Numbered from the stretch's first letter, positions 39,519 through 50,783 are shown. The stretch is DNA of 64,000 nt from Salinivirgaceae bacterium (GCA_050179685.1 JBFXEW010000016.1:45620-109619), one strand, 5' to 3'. Translations and numbers: made by a program. The notes: a model not told the origin generated them from the letters alone.

Positions 39519-42341
39519 TTAGTTGCCGTTTTTTTGTCCCTTATCCACTGCCCGAATTCCTTTCAACATCCACTCGGGTGCAGGTTCTCCCTTCAAGTAA
39601 TGGTCAAAGAATTGTAGCATCCGGGTGCTTAAATCCATGCGATTGGCCCAGTATTTCGATGCAATATTGTGCTCCATACCGTTGTAGTTTAACAGCCAGA
39701 CGGGTTTGTCGAGCCGGCGCAGAGCTACAAAGAACTCAATTCCCTGATACCAGGGAACAGCTCCGTCGTTGTCGTTATGCATCATCAGTAAAGGTGTATT
39801 TACCTTTGGCGCGTAAAACAGCGGAGAGTTCTCGATGTAGTGCCAGGGTTTTTCCCAAAGGGTTCCCCCGATACGGCTTTGTGTATGCTCGTACTGAAAC
39901 ATCCGGCTCATACCGCTACCCCAGCGAATGCCCCCGTAGGCGCTGGTCATATTGCTGACCGGTGCTCCTGCCATGGCTGCGGCATACATATCGGTACGGG
40001 TAATCAGGTAAGCTGTTTGGTAGCCACCCCAGCTTTGTCCCTGCAAACCTATTTTTTCTGCATCCACAAAGGGAAAACTATTAATCAGGTACTGGGTGCC
40101 GCTTATTATGGCGTCGTAGGCATTGGGGCCGGGTGCCCCCGTCGTGTAAACTATGTCGGGAACAAATACCAGGTAACCCCGGCTGGCATAAAAGGTTTTG
40201 TTAATAATGGAATGGCTGGGATAGGGGGTGTAATGACGATTTATTCCCTGCGAGCTGCGTTCGTAGAAATAAACCACCATGGGATATTTCCGGTTGGGAT
40301 CGAAATCCTCAGGTTTGTAAAGCAAACCGCGCAAGGTGTCGTTGGCAAAACTTTTCCATTGTACCAGTTCCACCGTAGCCCAATTGTATTTTTCCTGATG
40401 CGGATTGGCCCGCGAAAGGGTAGTAACTTCTTTAAAATAGGGTCCGCTGAGTTTAATGTCGGGGTACTGGCTTATGGTTTGTGCCGACCAGATAAACTCT
40501 TGGCTTTCTTTTGCCTTATCGAGGCTACCCAGCATATAGTTTCCTTCAACTAGTACCTTCGGATTTTGTGCCTGATTCAAGCGGGCTGAATAATACCCCT
40601 CGCTGTAGGTTTTTTCGTTAAAGGCTTGCAGAATAACGTCCTGTTCCAGAGGAATAAACACCTCCTCGGGATCAGGCTTCTGGTAGCGGAGCCGGGTGCT
40701 GTTTTTTCGTCCCCAATGGTTTGTAATGTTTACAGCAGCTTGTTTTCCCCTGGGATCGAGTTTCCAGATGTCGAAGCGATCGTACACCAGCACATAAGCA
40801 TCGTCAGATGCCCAGCCGGCAAGGCCATAAGGCCAGGGATCGCTGGGAGTGTCGTGCAGTTCGTCGCAGAATAGTACCGGCAGGTGTTTGGTAAGTGCAA
40901 GCTGCTGACCGGTTTTGGTGTTGAGGCTGTAGTAGCTGCTGTCGGTGGCATTGTACCAAAGCACGTATTTGCCGTTTGGCGACAGATATACCAGGCTTTG
41001 CCCGCGCAGCACCTGCTTTTTATCGCCGGTTTTCAGGTTCAGCAGGTAAACATCCATCAGGCGCTTGCCGGTCCACGACGAGGCACGGGCATAAGGCTTG
41101 CTATCGAAGCCCAGCGCCAGTTCGCCATTGTTTTGGTTAACCAGGCGCACGCTTTCAATCAGGGTGTCAGCCAGTTGCAGCAGTTTCTTTTCCTTAATGC
41201 GGTAAACGGCCAGGTAGTTTTGTTTCAGATCTTTATCAAGGTTCTTGAGTTGCATGGGTTGCAATTCGAGGTCGGTCCAGCTCCATACATCGAGTTTGGC
41301 TTTTTCATCGTCGGGTAGGGTGTCTTTTTGCGGAACCTTTGGCCGGGGAGCAGTCCCCAGGTATAGTTTGGTGGCATCGTCGGAGAAAAACAGTGTTCCG
41401 TTTTCGCTGGGAGCCCATTGTGCGGGTAATCCTGTGCTTAGCGTGTCAACAAGGCGTGCGGGGCTTGTTTTTCCAGGCTCACAAAGAAATAGGGCATAGG
41501 TCTTTTGTTTTACGGTGTCGGCACTGGCCAGGTAAGCCAGTTGTCTGCCGGCCTTGTCGAAGGTGAGGGCTTTAAAGCTGAGTGAATCCTGTACCAGGGT
41601 ATCGGTTTCTACTGTTTCGGTATTTACGGTAATCAGTGCGAAGACCTTTGCGGTATCGTTAATTTTCGAAACCAAAGCAAGACGGTTTCCTTCGTCTGAA
41701 AGCACATAGCTCTCCACCCGGTTAAATACCAGTTGTTGTCCGCTAAGCGGGTTAATCAGCAATAAATCGTTGTTGTCTTTGCCCGGCTTCTTCCGGCTTT
41801 TTTTCTTTTTAGGCTTGTCTTCCTTTTTTTCAGGTTGCGCCAGGGTGTCGGCAGCAACTGCCGTTGTATCGGCTTTGGGCTCCTGGTGTTTCAGCAAAGC
41901 GGCCATCCAGTTTCCTTTTTCTTTAGGTACTTGAAAGGAAATCAGGTCGGGGTATTTTAGCCAGCTCTTGTTGCTTAAAATATAGATGCCCAGCGAATCC
42001 TTAGGCATCTTGTCTTTGGCTGTTTTGGCCAGTTTTAATTTACGGATGCTGTCGGTTGGGGTGGTGAGTTTCAGGGCAACAAAGTTTTCGTTGGGTGCAA
42101 ACTTTGCCTGATGCGCCAAAGGAACGGTGTCGTTGGTTTTACTTTGAACCTGGTAAATGATGACTTGTCCGTCGCCTTTTTGCGCGTTAAGCTCATACAT
42201 TACGTAAGCGCCGCGTTGGGAGATTTGTCGGTCTTCAATGCGTTTCCATCCGGCAAAGTCGCTGGTCGATAATACCTGTTTCTGGCTGAAAGCCGTAAGG
42301 CAAAAGGCTGCAAGCAGCAGCAGGAGTCCTGTTTTCTTCAT
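39519..42341 (-). CDS. S9 prolyl oligopeptidase-family peptidase (start MKKTGLL at 42341)
   Basis: GQSWGGY nucleophile motif, NDNDGAVP, HN; signal peptide. Confidence 0.9.
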   Translation of the reverse strand: MKKTGLLLLLAAFCLTAFSQKQVLSTSDFAGWKRIEDRQISQRGAYVMYELNAQKGDGQVIIYQVQSKTNDTVPLAHQAKFAPNENFVALKLTTPTDSIRKLKLAKTAKDKMPKDSLGIYILSNKSWLKYPDLISFQVPKEKGNWMAALLKHQEPKADTTAVAADTLAQPEKKEDKPKKKKSRKKPGKDNNDLLLINPLSGQQLVFNRVESYVLSDEGNRLALVSKINDTAKVFALITVNTETVETDTLVQDSLSFKALTFDKAGRQLAYLASADTVKQKTYALFLCEPGKTSPARLVDTLSTGLPAQWAPSENGTLFFSDDATKLYLGTAPRPKVPQKDTLPDDEKAKLDVWSWTDLELQPMQLKNLDKDLKQNYLAVYRIKEKKLLQLADTLIESVRLVNQNNGELALGFDSKPYARASSWTGKRLMDVYLLNLKTGDKKQVLRGQSLVYLSPNGKYVLWYNATDSSYYSLNTKTGQQLALTKHLPVLFCDELHDTPSDPWPYGLAGWASDDAYVLVYDRFDIWKLDPRGKQAAVNITNHWGRKNSTRLRYQKPDPEEVFIPLEQDVILQAFNEKTYSEGYYSARLNQAQNPKVLVEGNYMLGSLDKAKESQEFIWSAQTISQYPDIKLSGPYFKEVTTLSRANPHQEKYNWATVELVQWKSFANDTLRGLLYKPEDFDPNRKYPMVVYFYERSSQGINRHYTPYPSHSIINKTFYASRGYLVFVPDIVYTTGAPGPNAYDAIISGTQYLINSFPFVDAEKIGLQGQSWGGYQTAYLITRTDMYAAAMAGAPVSNMTSAYGGIRWGSGMSRMFQYEHTQSRIGGTLWEKPWHYIENSPLFYAPKVNTPLLMMHNDNDGAVPWYQGIEFFVALRRLDKPVWLLNYNGMEHNIASKYWANRMDLSTRMLQFFDHYLKGEPAPEWMLKGIRAVDKGQKNGN

Positions 42342-42456
42342 GCTAAATGCGTTAGTGATTAACAAAACACAAGTATAGCAAAAAATACCGAAAGCTCCTT
42401 GCCAAAGCCGGAATACAGCCTCTGCCCAGTAGTAGCGTCTTGTTTCTAAAGCGGGT

Positions 42457-44331
42457 TTACTCCACAATCAGGTTTTTTTGTTTGGGAAACTTAACCACAT
42501 ATTTTAAGTCGAATACCTTTTGTTCACCGGGTTCGAGTTCAAATTCCCATTTTACTTCGCCTGTTTCGGTATCCAGTTTTCCGCCCGAAATGGTTTGTAG
42601 CTGTACTTCGATTTCCTGATTGGTTGATACGGGAACCTGGTCGAGTACCGTCATTTTTACCGACTGGCTCTTGTTGTTCCGCACGCTTATTTTCCAGGCT
42701 CGGCTTTCTTCCTTTTTATTGCCGATGAATTGCCGGGTGCTCAGGTCTTTAACTTTTTCGCGCTGAAGGCTTACCTGCTTGTCGCGCCCCAGCGACAGCT
42801 CCAGTGTATCGGTGGCGTAACGCACGTCGAGCAGGGTCTTGCCCACGTAAGTATCTTCAAAAAATACATTGGCTTCGCCTTCGAGTAAGTTGTATTTTTC
42901 CCAATCGACCAGGTAGGCAATTAAAAAGGCATCCTTATCAATTTTTGGGATGCTGAAGTACTGAAAGGCAGCCGGCAACTGGTAACTTTCCAAATCGACC
43001 GTGTAGTTTTTGTTATCGCTTTTGATGGTATAGGGTACTTTTACCTCGAAATCGACGGTAGTCTGGTTCTCGGTTTGTGCTGTGGGCAGCGACAGACTGC
43101 TGCTTACAGCCCTTTTACCCGACAGCGATATGCCCGGGGCTTTTCCCTGAAGCTGTCGCGAAAGCGCCCGTTCTTCCACACCATAGCCCATAACCACTAC
43201 CTCGTCCAATTGCATCTGCGAGGGGTGCAGCACCACATGCATGCTGTTTCCCTGAATGGGCAGGGTCTGGGTTTCGAAACCAATAAAAGAATAAACCAGG
43301 TATTCGGCGTGTTGAGGAATGGTGATGCGGTAGTTGCCGTCGATATCGGTAACCGCCCCGATGGTGGTTCCCTGTACCATTACGGTAGCACCGGGCAGCG
43401 GCTGGTGGTCGTTATCGAGCACCCGGCCACTTACCGCATTCGACATGATTTTATAGCTGGGTGGTCGGGTATTGTAATTCAGGAAGTAAGGCTTGAGTTT
43501 GGGCGCCACTCCCGATACATTGGGATTGGCCGACGATAATTTCAGGCTTACGTTGTTCCAGTCGGTTTTGGTGTCTTGTTTTACATGGGCTTTGTAAGCC
43601 AGTTGCACCGGCTGGTCGATGTTTTTTGCCCTGATATCGTAGCTGGGGTACCAGCCCGCATTGCCTACCAGGTAAGTGAGTTCAAATACCGCATTTACCG
43701 CGGCAGGAGCGTCAACAGTAACATAGATTTCGCCGCTGGGGAATTCCTTTTTGTTGGTCAGGGTGTTCAGTTGTTTCTGAAGGTCGTTGCGTTGCCGCGA
43801 TAGTTCGCTTATGGTACGATTGTGTTCAATCTCTTTAAGTTTTAAAGCCGTATAGCGTTTACCAAAAAAGTCGGCGGTTTGTTGCAGGGTAAGCAGACTC
43901 ACTGCTTCGTTTTTACCGCTCAGGTCGCGGTTTTCGAGTAAAAAGGCCAGTTCTTCGCTAAGAATAGCCAGGTAGGTTTGTTCCAGGTTTATTTTTTGGT
44001 TCAGGGCTTCAATGGCTTCCTGCAACCGGCTGGTTTCTTTCGATTTTTCGGCTTTGTTCAGGTAGTTCTGTTGATGGTTTACGTTTAACACAGTTAGGGC
44101 ACCCTCGGCTTTTACTTGGACGCTCTGTGCATCGATAAAGGGGGAGAGCATCTCAAATTTCAGCCGGGTTTTTCCGGCAGGTACGCTCACGGCTTTGCGG
44201 CGAACCAGTTGCGCCCCGTCGATAAAAACGCTTACCTGAGTTACTTCGGTTTTTACCGCTTTTTCGGGGAGTTCCTGTGCGGCCAGTGAGCCGACAAACA
44301 GACTAAGGATAATAAGGGCAAGTTGTTTCAT
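42457..44331 (-). CDS. DUF4140/DUF4139 (MuiA-like) protein with inserted CarboxypepD_reg-like domain
   Basis: VTQVSVFIDGAQL, AGWYPSYDIR, QDTKTDWNNVSLKLSS, PLPGATVMVQGT, VLDQVPVS, GEVKW. Confidence 0.82.
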   Translation of the reverse strand: MKQLALIILSLFVGSLAAQELPEKAVKTEVTQVSVFIDGAQLVRRKAVSVPAGKTRLKFEMLSPFIDAQSVQVKAEGALTVLNVNHQQNYLNKAEKSKETSRLQEAIEALNQKINLEQTYLAILSEELAFLLENRDLSGKNEAVSLLTLQQTADFFGKRYTALKLKEIEHNRTISELSRQRNDLQKQLNTLTNKKEFPSGEIYVTVDAPAAVNAVFELTYLVGNAGWYPSYDIRAKNIDQPVQLAYKAHVKQDTKTDWNNVSLKLSSANPNVSGVAPKLKPYFLNYNTRPPSYKIMSNAVSGRVLDNDHQPLPGATVMVQGTTIGAVTDIDGNYRITIPQHAEYLVYSFIGFETQTLPIQGNSMHVVLHPSQMQLDEVVVMGYGVEERALSRQLQGKAPGISLSGKRAVSSSLSLPTAQTENQTTVDFEVKVPYTIKSDNKNYTVDLESYQLPAAFQYFSIPKIDKDAFLIAYLVDWEKYNLLEGEANVFFEDTYVGKTLLDVRYATDTLELSLGRDKQVSLQREKVKDLSTRQFIGNKKEESRAWKISVRNNKSQSVKMTVLDQVPVSTNQEIEVQLQTISGGKLDTETGEVKWEFELEPGEQKVFDLKYVVKFPKQKNLIVE

Positions 44332-44446
44332 CGTTATTTTTTTATGCAGGTTATACATGTACTCAGGCTTTGCATTGGCTTTTGCCTGGTATTACGTTTA
44401 TACAAATATAGGCTTTTAAGCGATGCCGGACCCCGGTAAAAAAACA

Positions 44447-44475
44447 AAAAACCATCCCTGCCTGGGGATGGTTTT
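44447..44475 (-). terminator. Intrinsic terminator
   Basis: aaaaaccatccc...gggatggtttt. Confidence 0.65.
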
Positions 44476-44499
44476 AAGCTTAGTGTTTCCTATAAGCCG

Positions 44500-44736
44500 C
44501 TATTGTTTTTTGGCTTTCTTGAGTTTCTTTTTTAGTTTTTTCACTTTCTGAATGGCGCCTTCCAGCTTTTTGCTCAGGGTTTCGGCGGTTTGTTCGCGAT
44601 CTTTGTTCTTTTTGGTTTTTTTAAGCTTCTTCTCGAGTTTGGCAGCAGCTTCGCCACTTTCGTTTATTTGCTTCTCGGCCGTAATTACTTCGGGCTTCTT
44701 CTCTTTTTTTTCTGCTTTCTCTTTTTTCTCGCTCAT
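44500..44736 (-). CDS. Small Lys/Glu-rich protein (78 aa)
   Basis: ATG start, own terminator, low-complexity charged sequence. Confidence 0.55.
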   Translation of the reverse strand: MSEKKEKAEKKEKKPEVITAEKQINESGEAAAKLEKKLKKTKKNKDREQTAETLSKKLEGAIQKVKKLKKKLKKAKKQ

Positions 44737-44855
44737 AAGGCATTAGTTTTAAGTGAATATTTTGTGGTAGCGGGCTTTTGTACAGGCCTGCCTTTGGAAT
44801 AGATAACAAGCCGGGCTGCCTTATTGTTAATAAAAAACTCCTATTTAAAAGCAGA

Positions 44856-44888
44856 AAAAAAACCACCCGGCTTAGGGGTGGCTTTTTT
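44856..44888 (-). terminator. Intrinsic terminator after OTC
   Basis: aaaaaaaccaccc...gggtggcttttt. Confidence 0.6.
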
Positions 44889-44958
44889 ATAGTATTGAAG
44901 CACCTGGGGAACTCCTGAAACAGGAATTCTTATCCTTAGGGCTTTGTTTTATTGTCTT

Positions 44959-45960
44959 TTATTGGCCCAGGGTGGCAACCATTACCGCTTTAATGGTGTG
45001 CATACGGTTCTCGGCTTCGTCGAACACAATGCTGTGCTCGCTTTCGAACACATCTTCGGTTACTTCCATGCCGTCGAGTCCAAACTTCTGGAAGATTTCT
45101 TCGCCCACTTTGGTATCGCGGTTGTGGAAAGCCGGTAAGCAATGCATAAATTTAACCTTGGGATTACCGGTGGCTTTAATTACATCCATATTAATCTGGT
45201 AAGGTTTCAGCAGGTTGATGCGTTCTACCCAGACACTGTCGGGTTCGCCCATGCTTACCCAAACGTCGGTGTAAAGGAAATCGCAATCTTTAACGCCTTC
45301 GGCTACCTTGTCGGTAACGGTAATTTTAGCGCCGGTTTCTTTGGCAATTTCCAAGGCTTTGGCCACCAGTTCCGCATCGGGTTGTACCGATTTGGGAGCT
45401 ACCGAACGGAAATCCATACCCATTTTGGCTGCACCAATCAGCAGCGAATTGCCCATGTTGTTGCGGGCATCGCCTAAATAGGCAAATTTAACCTGATGCA
45501 GGGGCTTGTCGCTGTGTTCCATCATGGTCATGAAGTCGGCCAGAATTTGTGTGGGGTGGAATTCGTTGGTCAGGCCATTCCATACGGGAACTCCGGCGTA
45601 TTTGGCCAGTTCTTCCACAATGTCCTGTCCGTAACCGCGGTATTCAATGCCGTCGTACATACGGCCCAGAACGCGGGCGGTATCGGCCATACTTTCTTTT
45701 TGTCCGATTTGCGATCCCGATGGACCCAGGTAGGTTACGTGGGCTCCCTGGTCGAAAGCGGCCACTTCAAAAGCACAGCGGGTACGGGTCGACGCTTTCT
45801 CGAAAATTAAGGCAATGTTTTTACCTTTTAGGCGCTGTTGTTCCGTTCCGGCGTATTTGGCCTTTTTCAGGTCAACCGAAAGGTCGAGCAGGTATTTAAT
45901 CTCTTTTGGACTAAAGTCCAGAAGCTTTAAAAAATGACGGTTTCTTAAATTGTAAGCCAT
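44959..45960 (-). CDS. argF: Ornithine carbamoyltransferase (probably catabolic, arcB-type)
   Basis: [33 protein letters not shown]; downstream of carbamate kinase. Confidence 0.93.
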   Translation of the reverse strand: MAYNLRNRHFLKLLDFSPKEIKYLLDLSVDLKKAKYAGTEQQRLKGKNIALIFEKASTRTRCAFEVAAFDQGAHVTYLGPSGSQIGQKESMADTARVLGRMYDGIEYRGYGQDIVEELAKYAGVPVWNGLTNEFHPTQILADFMTMMEHSDKPLHQVKFAYLGDARNNMGNSLLIGAAKMGMDFRSVAPKSVQPDAELVAKALEIAKETGAKITVTDKVAEGVKDCDFLYTDVWVSMGEPDSVWVERINLLKPYQINMDVIKATGNPKVKFMHCLPAFHNRDTKVGEEIFQKFGLDGMEVTEDVFESEHSIVFDEAENRMHTIKAVMVATLGQ

Positions 45961-46016
45961 AGTTGTATAGTTTAAAAAATTAGTCTTACTGTTTTCTGAC
46001 TGCTAAGTTAATGTTT

Positions 46017-46991
46017 TTACTTTTTCTTTAAATCCGCTTCGTCGTATTCCATGGTAATTTTGGTGCCGTAACTTTTGTCCTGAAGTTTTTTGGCTTCGGT
46101 AATTACGGCTTTTTGTCCACCTTGTTTAACAAAATCGAGACAAGCGTTAATTTTTGGGGCCATGCTGCCTTCGCCAAACACACCCTGCTCCAGGTAATTC
46201 TGGGCGTCGGCGTAGTTCAGGAATTCCAGCACCTTTTCGTCGGGTTTTTTGTAGTTCAGGTACACAAAAGGCACGTCGGTTAAGATGTAGTATTCTTCGG
46301 CATTCACTTTTTTTGCCACCATGGCAGCAGCCAAATCCTTATCAATAACTGCATCGAGCGGACGTACGCGGTTTTCATCGTCGATGTAAACCGGAACTCC
46401 GCCACCACCCACGGTAATTACAATATTTCCTTCGCGGGCCATTTGTTCTACCGTTTCGGAGTTAAAAAAGTCGAGGGGCTTGGGCGATGGAACCACGCGA
46501 CGCCATCCACCATGAGCTTTTACTTCTTCTTTAAAAATCCAGCCTTTATCGGCAGTCAGCTTTTCAGCCTCTTCTTTGGTGTAGATTTTACCCACGCGTT
46601 TGGTAGGGTTTTGAAAGGCGGGATCGTTTTTATCGACCATTACCTGGGTAACCAGCGTAATAATATTGCGTTTGATGTTGTGTTTACGCAATACATTCAA
46701 AAGGCAGCGTTCCAGCATAAAGCCAATGCCTCCCTGAGAGTCGGCCACGCAGATATCCAAAGGCATCTGGGGAATTCCGTACATTTGCTCGCCGGCATCG
46801 TTACGCATCAGGATGTTTCCCACCTGGGGACCGTTTCCGTGTGCAAAAATTACGTTGTATCCTTCTTTAAAGAGGTATACCAGGTTTTCGAAAGTTTCGG
46901 TGGCGTTATCTTCTTGTTCTTCAATGGTGCCTGCCTGGTCACCCCGCAACAGGGCGTTTCCTCCTAAAGCAATAACAGCTAGTTTGTTCAT
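46017..46991 (-). CDS. arcC: Carbamate kinase
   Basis: ALGGNAL, HGNGPQVG, RRVVPSP, GGGGVPV, AVIDKD, GSMAPK. Confidence 0.95.
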   Translation of the reverse strand: MNKLAVIALGGNALLRGDQAGTIEEQEDNATETFENLVYLFKEGYNVIFAHGNGPQVGNILMRNDAGEQMYGIPQMPLDICVADSQGGIGFMLERCLLNVLRKHNIKRNIITLVTQVMVDKNDPAFQNPTKRVGKIYTKEEAEKLTADKGWIFKEEVKAHGGWRRVVPSPKPLDFFNSETVEQMAREGNIVITVGGGGVPVYIDDENRVRPLDAVIDKDLAAAMVAKKVNAEEYYILTDVPFVYLNYKKPDEKVLEFLNYADAQNYLEQGVFGEGSMAPKINACLDFVKQGGQKAVITEAKKLQDKSYGTKITMEYDEADLKKK

Positions 46992-47354
46992 AGTATTTTA
47001 TATTAAATATCAATTTTTCAGGAACTGCAAATCTAAACTATTTTTTGATAGCTTACAGTGCTTTTCACCGGCTTAACAACATGATTAAACACCACAAATT
47101 CAATGTTTTAAGCCTAATTATTTTATTAAACATGTTTTTGATGTGGTGATTTACCGATTTGCTTGCAGTAAAAAGCATTGGCCCGGACATTTAAGCGGAT
47201 TGATGCAGCACAAAAACCGGCTTGTTAATGAATAGAATTTTGTAGGCTTAATATTTTATCTATATTTGTTTTGCAGTGTCAACTAAACAATCAGTAAAAG
47301 TACGCGTACAAGTCATCTCTATGAATACCCTAACCCTGTTTACCCTATTTGTTT

Positions 47355-48041
47355 ATGCAGTCGAGGCTTAAGTTGTTGTTGGTGGTTCTTGTTGTAGGCC
47401 TTTTGGTGGGTTCCTGTCAGCTTAAGTTGGGTCACAGCGGTATTGACGAAGGTTCAATTCGCTACAAAATTAACTACCTGCAATCGGAGAAGGAAAACCC
47501 CATTATTGGGCTGATGCCGGGGTATCTGACCATGCAGTTTAAGAATAACTCGGTGCGAATGGATGTGGAAGGTTGGATGGGTGTTTTTAAATCGACCTTT
47601 ATCCGGCAATACGAACAGCAGAAGTCGGTAAACCTGCTAAAGATGATGAGTAAACGTTATTACTATACCTGTACCGAAACTACGCAGTTCATGGGCATGG
47701 ATACCTATCATTCGGTTGATGTTGCCTTTGATAATGAAGTCCGCGATATACTCAATTTTAAATGCAAACATGCCAGGGTGTCGGTAAATAATGGGGCTGA
47801 AACCTTTAGCGTATATTATACCCGGCAAATAGCCATTAAAGAGCCCAATGCCCAAACTCCCTATTTCGAAATTCCGGGAGTGCTTATGGCTTTTCAGATT
47901 GAAGTTAACGGAATAGCCATGTATCTCGAGGCCGTTGAAGTGCTCGAGCGTGAAATTCCGGATGCCGTATTTGAGATTCCCGAAGGCTTTGAAGAAGTTC
48001 CTAAAGCCAGCATCGACGAAATATTTTCTGCACTAAAGTAG
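47355..48041 (+). CDS. Hypothetical lipoprotein (DUF4412/GLPGLI-like)
   Basis: Lipobox VGSC; ILNFKCKHA...IPGVLM...FEIPEGF pattern. Confidence 0.6.
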   Translation: MQSRLKLLLVVLVVGLLVGSCQLKLGHSGIDEGSIRYKINYLQSEKENPIIGLMPGYLTMQFKNNSVRMDVEGWMGVFKSTFIRQYEQQKSVNLLKMMSKRYYYTCTETTQFMGMDTYHSVDVAFDNEVRDILNFKCKHARVSVNNGAETFSVYYTRQIAIKEPNAQTPYFEIPGVLMAFQIEVNGIAMYLEAVEVLEREIPDAVFEIPEGFEEVPKASIDEIFSALK

Positions 48042-48207
48042 CCGGGGACTTTCCCTGACTCCACTTATAACCCGGGCGGGAATCGATGGTCGGGCTTACT
48101 CACAGGTTAATAAGGAGTGCCAGGGTTGAAGGCATTAAAATTAAAAGCCTGCCCGTTTTTTATTAATTGATTAAACATGTTATTTTTGCCTAATTAAAAT
48201 ACAATTC

Positions 48208-50760
48208 ATGGCCGATAAGAAAAAAACACCAACCAAAGGTGGAGAACGAAAAACAGTTAAAGGGAAAAATTTTGCCAACGATGAGCGGGTTAAAATCATT
48301 GTAGGTGTTTTTCTTATTTCTGTGGCTGTGTACCTGCTGTTTGCCTTTGTGTCGTATTTTTTTACCTGGCAAATCGATCAAAGCAAACTCGACCTGTCGC
48401 TGGTCGAATTACTTAAGAATGCTGAATTGGTGGTTGAGAACTGGTCGGGTAAACTCGGCGCCCTGTTTGCCCACAAATTTATGCACGACTGGTTTGGCGT
48501 GGCTTCCATGAGTTTTGTATTTCTTATGGCTTTGTTGGGCATTCGTTTACTGGGTTACCGCCTGCTTCCGCTGAAACGCACCACTAAATACGTGTTGGTG
48601 GCTACCTTATGGTTATCGGTTAGTCTGGGCTTTATATTTCGCTCATCCGATTTTGTTCCCGGCGGGGCCCATGGCTATTTTTTAAGCAACTGGTTAATTT
48701 CCTTAATCGGGAATATTGGAACCGGTTTTTTACTTGCCATAGTGCTGTTTGCTTACCTGGCCTTTTTATTCGAAGGCTTTATCGATGCCGTTCGCTCCAT
48801 GGTTAAATCGGTTTTCGAAGCCCGTGTGATTGATACCCGCTTGAATCCTGACGATGATGTTTTACTAAATATTCCTGAAGAAAAGGAAGCGGATACCGCA
48901 GCAGCAATACTTCCTCAAAACAAAGAGCCCGAAACTGAAGTTCAGAATCAACTGCTTGAAGCCGATTCCGATGATGACGATTCCTTTGTTGTGGATTACA
49001 CTACCCGCCACGAGGAAGCTTTGGCAACTGACGAAGAAATAAATAAGGCGGAGCCAACGGATGATATTGACCCCTTCGATAACCTGGAAACCATCGAGAT
49101 AAAGGTTGTTGAAAATGCAAATGAAGCGCAGGAACAGTCAGCAAATCCTGAAAAGGAGGCAGCAGCCGACGAGGAAATTGAACTGTCGATTGAGAACCGC
49201 ACCAGTGAGGATGATGCACCGGTTAAGAAAATTGGCGACAAACCACAGGGCGATTACGATCCCACCATGGATTTGTCGCAGTACAAATTACCTCCCATCG
49301 AGTTGTTGGTTGAGCATAATGCAGGCAATGTCAGTGTTTCGGAAGATGAACTGCACAGCAACAAAAACCGGATTGTTGAAACCCTGGCCAATTATAAGAT
49401 ACAGATTGATAAGATTAAAGCCATTGTTGGCCCAACCATAACTCTTTACGAGATTGTTCCGGCTCCGGGTGTGCGTATTTCAAAAATAAAGAATCTCGAA
49501 GACGATATTGCCCTGAGTCTGGCAGCTCTGGGAATCCGTATTATTGCACCCATCCCCGGACGGGGAACTGTGGGTATTGAGGTGCCCAACCTGAAGCCCG
49601 AAGTGGTGGCCATGCGCACTATTATTTCATCGAAGCGCTTTCAGGAATCAAAATTTGAATTGCCCATAGCTTTGGGTAAAACCATATCGAACGAAACCTT
49701 TGTGGTTGATTTGACAAAAATGCCGCACCTTCTGGTAGCAGGTGCAACCGGGCAGGGGAAATCCGTCGGACTGAATGCAATTTTAACTTCGTTACTGTAC
49801 AAAAAACATCCGGCACAATTGAAGCTGGTTCTGGTCGATCCTAAAAAAGTGGAACTTACCCTTTACCAAAAACTGGAAAAACACTTTTTGGCCAAGTTAC
49901 CCGATTCTGAAGAATCGATAATTACCGAAACGCTTAAAGTAGTTAATACGCTGAACTCGCTTTGCATCGAAATGGACAACCGCTACGATTTACTTAAGGA
50001 AGCCCAGGTTCGGAATATTAAAGAGTACAATACCAAGTTTATCGGGCGTAAGTTGAATCCGCAGAAAGGACACCGCTTTCTGCCTTATATTGTGGTGGTT
50101 ATCGACGAGTTTGCCGACCTTATTATGACTGCCGGAAAAGAAGTGGAGTTACCGATAGCGCGTCTGGCGCAATTGGCCCGGGCCATCGGTATTCACCTGA
50201 TTATTGCCACACAGCGTCCCACTACAAATATTATTACCGGTTTAATTAAAGCCAACTTCCCGGCGCGTATAGCTTTCAGGGTTACCAGCATGATGGATTC
50301 GCGTACCATTCTCGATTCACCCGGTGCCAATCAGCTGATTGGACGGGGAGACATGCTTATTTCGCAGGGCAGCGAAATGGTACGTCTGCAATGTGCTTTT
50401 ATCGATACGCCGGAACTCGAATCGATTGTGAATTACATTCAGGGGCAGCAAAGTTATCCGGGTCCGTATCCATTGCCCGAATATGTGGGCGAGGATTCAG
50501 GCAGCGATTTGGGCGAAGTTGATTTGTCGAAACGCGATGCCTTGTTCGATGATGCTGCCCGGATAATTGTTGCCAATCAGCAGGGTTCCACCTCCTTAAT
50601 TCAACGGAAGTTTTCTATCGGATACAACAGGGCCGGGCGTATTATTGACCAATTGGAAGCAGCCGGAGTAGTAGGTTCTTTCGAAGGGAGCAAGGCACGC
50701 CAGGTTTTAATTCCCGATGAATATTCTTTGGAACAGTTATTGAATGGTTTGAACAAATAA
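48208..50760 (+). CDS. ftsK: DNA translocase FtsK
   Basis: N-terminal TMs, PHLLVAGATGQGKS, DPKKVEL, IDEFADL, ATQRP, gamma domain SLIQRKFSIGYNRAGRIIDQLE. Confidence 0.96.
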   Translation: MADKKKTPTKGGERKTVKGKNFANDERVKIIVGVFLISVAVYLLFAFVSYFFTWQIDQSKLDLSLVELLKNAELVVENWSGKLGALFAHKFMHDWFGVASMSFVFLMALLGIRLLGYRLLPLKRTTKYVLVATLWLSVSLGFIFRSSDFVPGGAHGYFLSNWLISLIGNIGTGFLLAIVLFAYLAFLFEGFIDAVRSMVKSVFEARVIDTRLNPDDDVLLNIPEEKEADTAAAILPQNKEPETEVQNQLLEADSDDDDSFVVDYTTRHEEALATDEEINKAEPTDDIDPFDNLETIEIKVVENANEAQEQSANPEKEAAADEEIELSIENRTSEDDAPVKKIGDKPQGDYDPTMDLSQYKLPPIELLVEHNAGNVSVSEDELHSNKNRIVETLANYKIQIDKIKAIVGPTITLYEIVPAPGVRISKIKNLEDDIALSLAALGIRIIAPIPGRGTVGIEVPNLKPEVVAMRTIISSKRFQESKFELPIALGKTISNETFVVDLTKMPHLLVAGATGQGKSVGLNAILTSLLYKKHPAQLKLVLVDPKKVELTLYQKLEKHFLAKLPDSEESIITETLKVVNTLNSLCIEMDNRYDLLKEAQVRNIKEYNTKFIGRKLNPQKGHRFLPYIVVVIDEFADLIMTAGKEVELPIARLAQLARAIGIHLIIATQRPTTNIITGLIKANFPARIAFRVTSMMDSRTILDSPGANQLIGRGDMLISQGSEMVRLQCAFIDTPELESIVNYIQGQQSYPGPYPLPEYVGEDSGSDLGEVDLSKRDALFDDAARIIVANQQGSTSLIQRKFSIGYNRAGRIIDQLEAAGVVGSFEGSKARQVLIPDEYSLEQLLNGLNK

Positions 50761-50783
50761 ATCAACATTAAAACAATTTATTT

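Noticed and set aside
48040-48150. Possible ncRNA between the lipoprotein gene and ftsK
   Set aside because: GC-rich with a small stem, but no recognisable SRP, tRNA, 6S or riboswitch motif
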